This document shows, in pieces, positions 25,510 to 26,244 of a stretch of DNA of 26,244 nucleotides. Made by a program: the position numbers and the translations under genes. This stretch comes from a virus. Lineage: Duplodnaviria; Caudoviricetes. Position 1 is the stretch's first letter, and every line of letters starts with the position of its first letter. The notes under the pieces are model-generated. The model saw nothing but the letters and a program-made list of their open reading frames with translations, did not search any database and had not been told where the DNA came from. The stretch lies in IMG/VR virus record IMGVR_UViG_3300016667_000519, positions 1 to 26,244 of that record. The stretch is one strand, 5' to 3'.

Positions 25510-26244
25510 TTATTTTATTTTTGCCATTAAATCTTTCATTCTCAAAAACTGAGGATTCTCATATGTTTTTGATTCGATTAAATTACTAGCAGAACCTGTA
25601 GATTGTGATTTTTCAATTACTCTCTCAACTGACTCATTAACATTTGATTTACCTTTAGATGTTGTTACTGATAACTCATCTTTAATGGTTTGATATAAAT
25701 TTTTTGATTCTTTAATAGTTTCAACACCATCAAATCTTCTTAAAATATTAATCTTCTCTTGTTTTGACGTAGAATGTTCTGTAAACAATCTTGTCGCGTA
25801 AGCTAAGTTTGAATTGAAAACCGCAACCTCATTAAGTTTATTTCTGAAAACATTAAGTGCTTTTCTATACTCTTCGTTCTTTTCTCTAAGTAATTCAACT
25901 TCTCTGAAATCAAAGTTTTCTTTAATCGCAGTATTTGATTTTGAATGTGCTTTTGGTTTTGGTAAACCACCTTTTCTAAAGTTAGAACCGTTTCCTAAAG
26001 TACGAGCCGCCTCTTTTGTTTCCATTTTTTTCGCTCCTTTTTTAACAGGTTTCATTTTGCCGTTCATATTTTCACCTTCTTTATATTCAAATTTTGCTTT
26101 ACCAGTACCAACTGACTTAGGTCCTTGTTTCATTTTTTCTTTGAAACCTCCTGACATATTTGGTTTTGAATTATATTTGAATTTTGGTGAACCCATTCCA
26201 ACACCTTTTGCTTTTATTTTCATTTTTTTGGACTCCATTAGACT
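25510..26244 (-). CDS. Prohead core/scaffold protein (gp22-like), C-terminal part; runs off the window
   Basis: The frame is open to the window end (..SLMESKK). Coiled coil LREKNEEYRKALNVFRNKLNEV, C-terminal FLRMKDLMAKIK, directly upstream of the capsid gene. Confidence 0.75.
   Translation of the reverse strand, partial: SLMESKKMKIKAKGVGMGSPKFKYNSKPNMSGGFKEKMKQGPKSVGTGKAKFEYKEGENMNGKMKPVKKGAKKMETKEAARTLGNGSNFRKGGLPKPKAHSKSNTAIKENFDFREVELLREKNEEYRKALNVFRNKLNEVAVFNSNLAYATRLFTEHSTSKQEKINILRRFDGVETIKESKNLYQTIKDELSVTTSKGKSNVNESVERVIEKSQSTGSASNLIESKTYENPQFLRMKDLMAKIK

Noticed and set aside
1-26244. Stop-codon reassignment, as in some large Bacteroidota phages
   Set aside because: Standard-code ORFs tile the window; TAG (5180) and TGA (2268, 8555, 16300, 17981) end genes at sensible junctions.
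1-26244. tRNA, rRNA, CRISPR array, integrase or transposase
   Set aside because: Intergenic gaps are mostly under about 100 nt, and no cloverleaf, repeat-spacer pattern or recombinase motifs were seen.

Overview
A very AT-rich, densely coding fragment of a large T4-like (myovirus, probably jumbo) phage, read with the standard code. A host-type TTTG-N20-TAnnTTTG promoter and A-rich leaders without Shine-Dalgarno sites point to a Bacteroidota host. The left part (1-11.3 kb, + strand) has a PolB-like 3'-5' exonuclease, a dUTPase and a large glycan-building cluster: 3 SAM methyltransferases (one CmcI-type), 5 glycosyltransferase genes, a BKACE/Kce beta-keto-acid cleavage enzyme, a PglD/NeuD-like acyltransferase and a shortened DegT aminotransferase. 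PhoH and a catalytically degenerate HAD protein lie inside it. Next come a gp55-like late sigma factor and probable tail/baseplate genes, including a gp5-like hub/spike. A mixed-strand block of small proteins shares an I/L-T-E-x-Q-L helix and [ILM]-x-E protease-like sites (candidate internal head proteins). The window ends with a Hef-like endonuclease, the gp23-like major capsid protein and part of the scaffold gene. Best candidates for new biology: (1) a phage BKACE-acyltransferase-aminotransferase module that could make an unusual N-acyl amino sugar for virion or host glycans; (2) a putative late promoter ATATTTATA, whose core is the reverse complement of the T4 late box; (3) a capsid-cargo system carrying two separately encoded halves of a DUF5872-like basic Cys-rich domain. 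All family calls come from motif recognition by eye; no searches were run.
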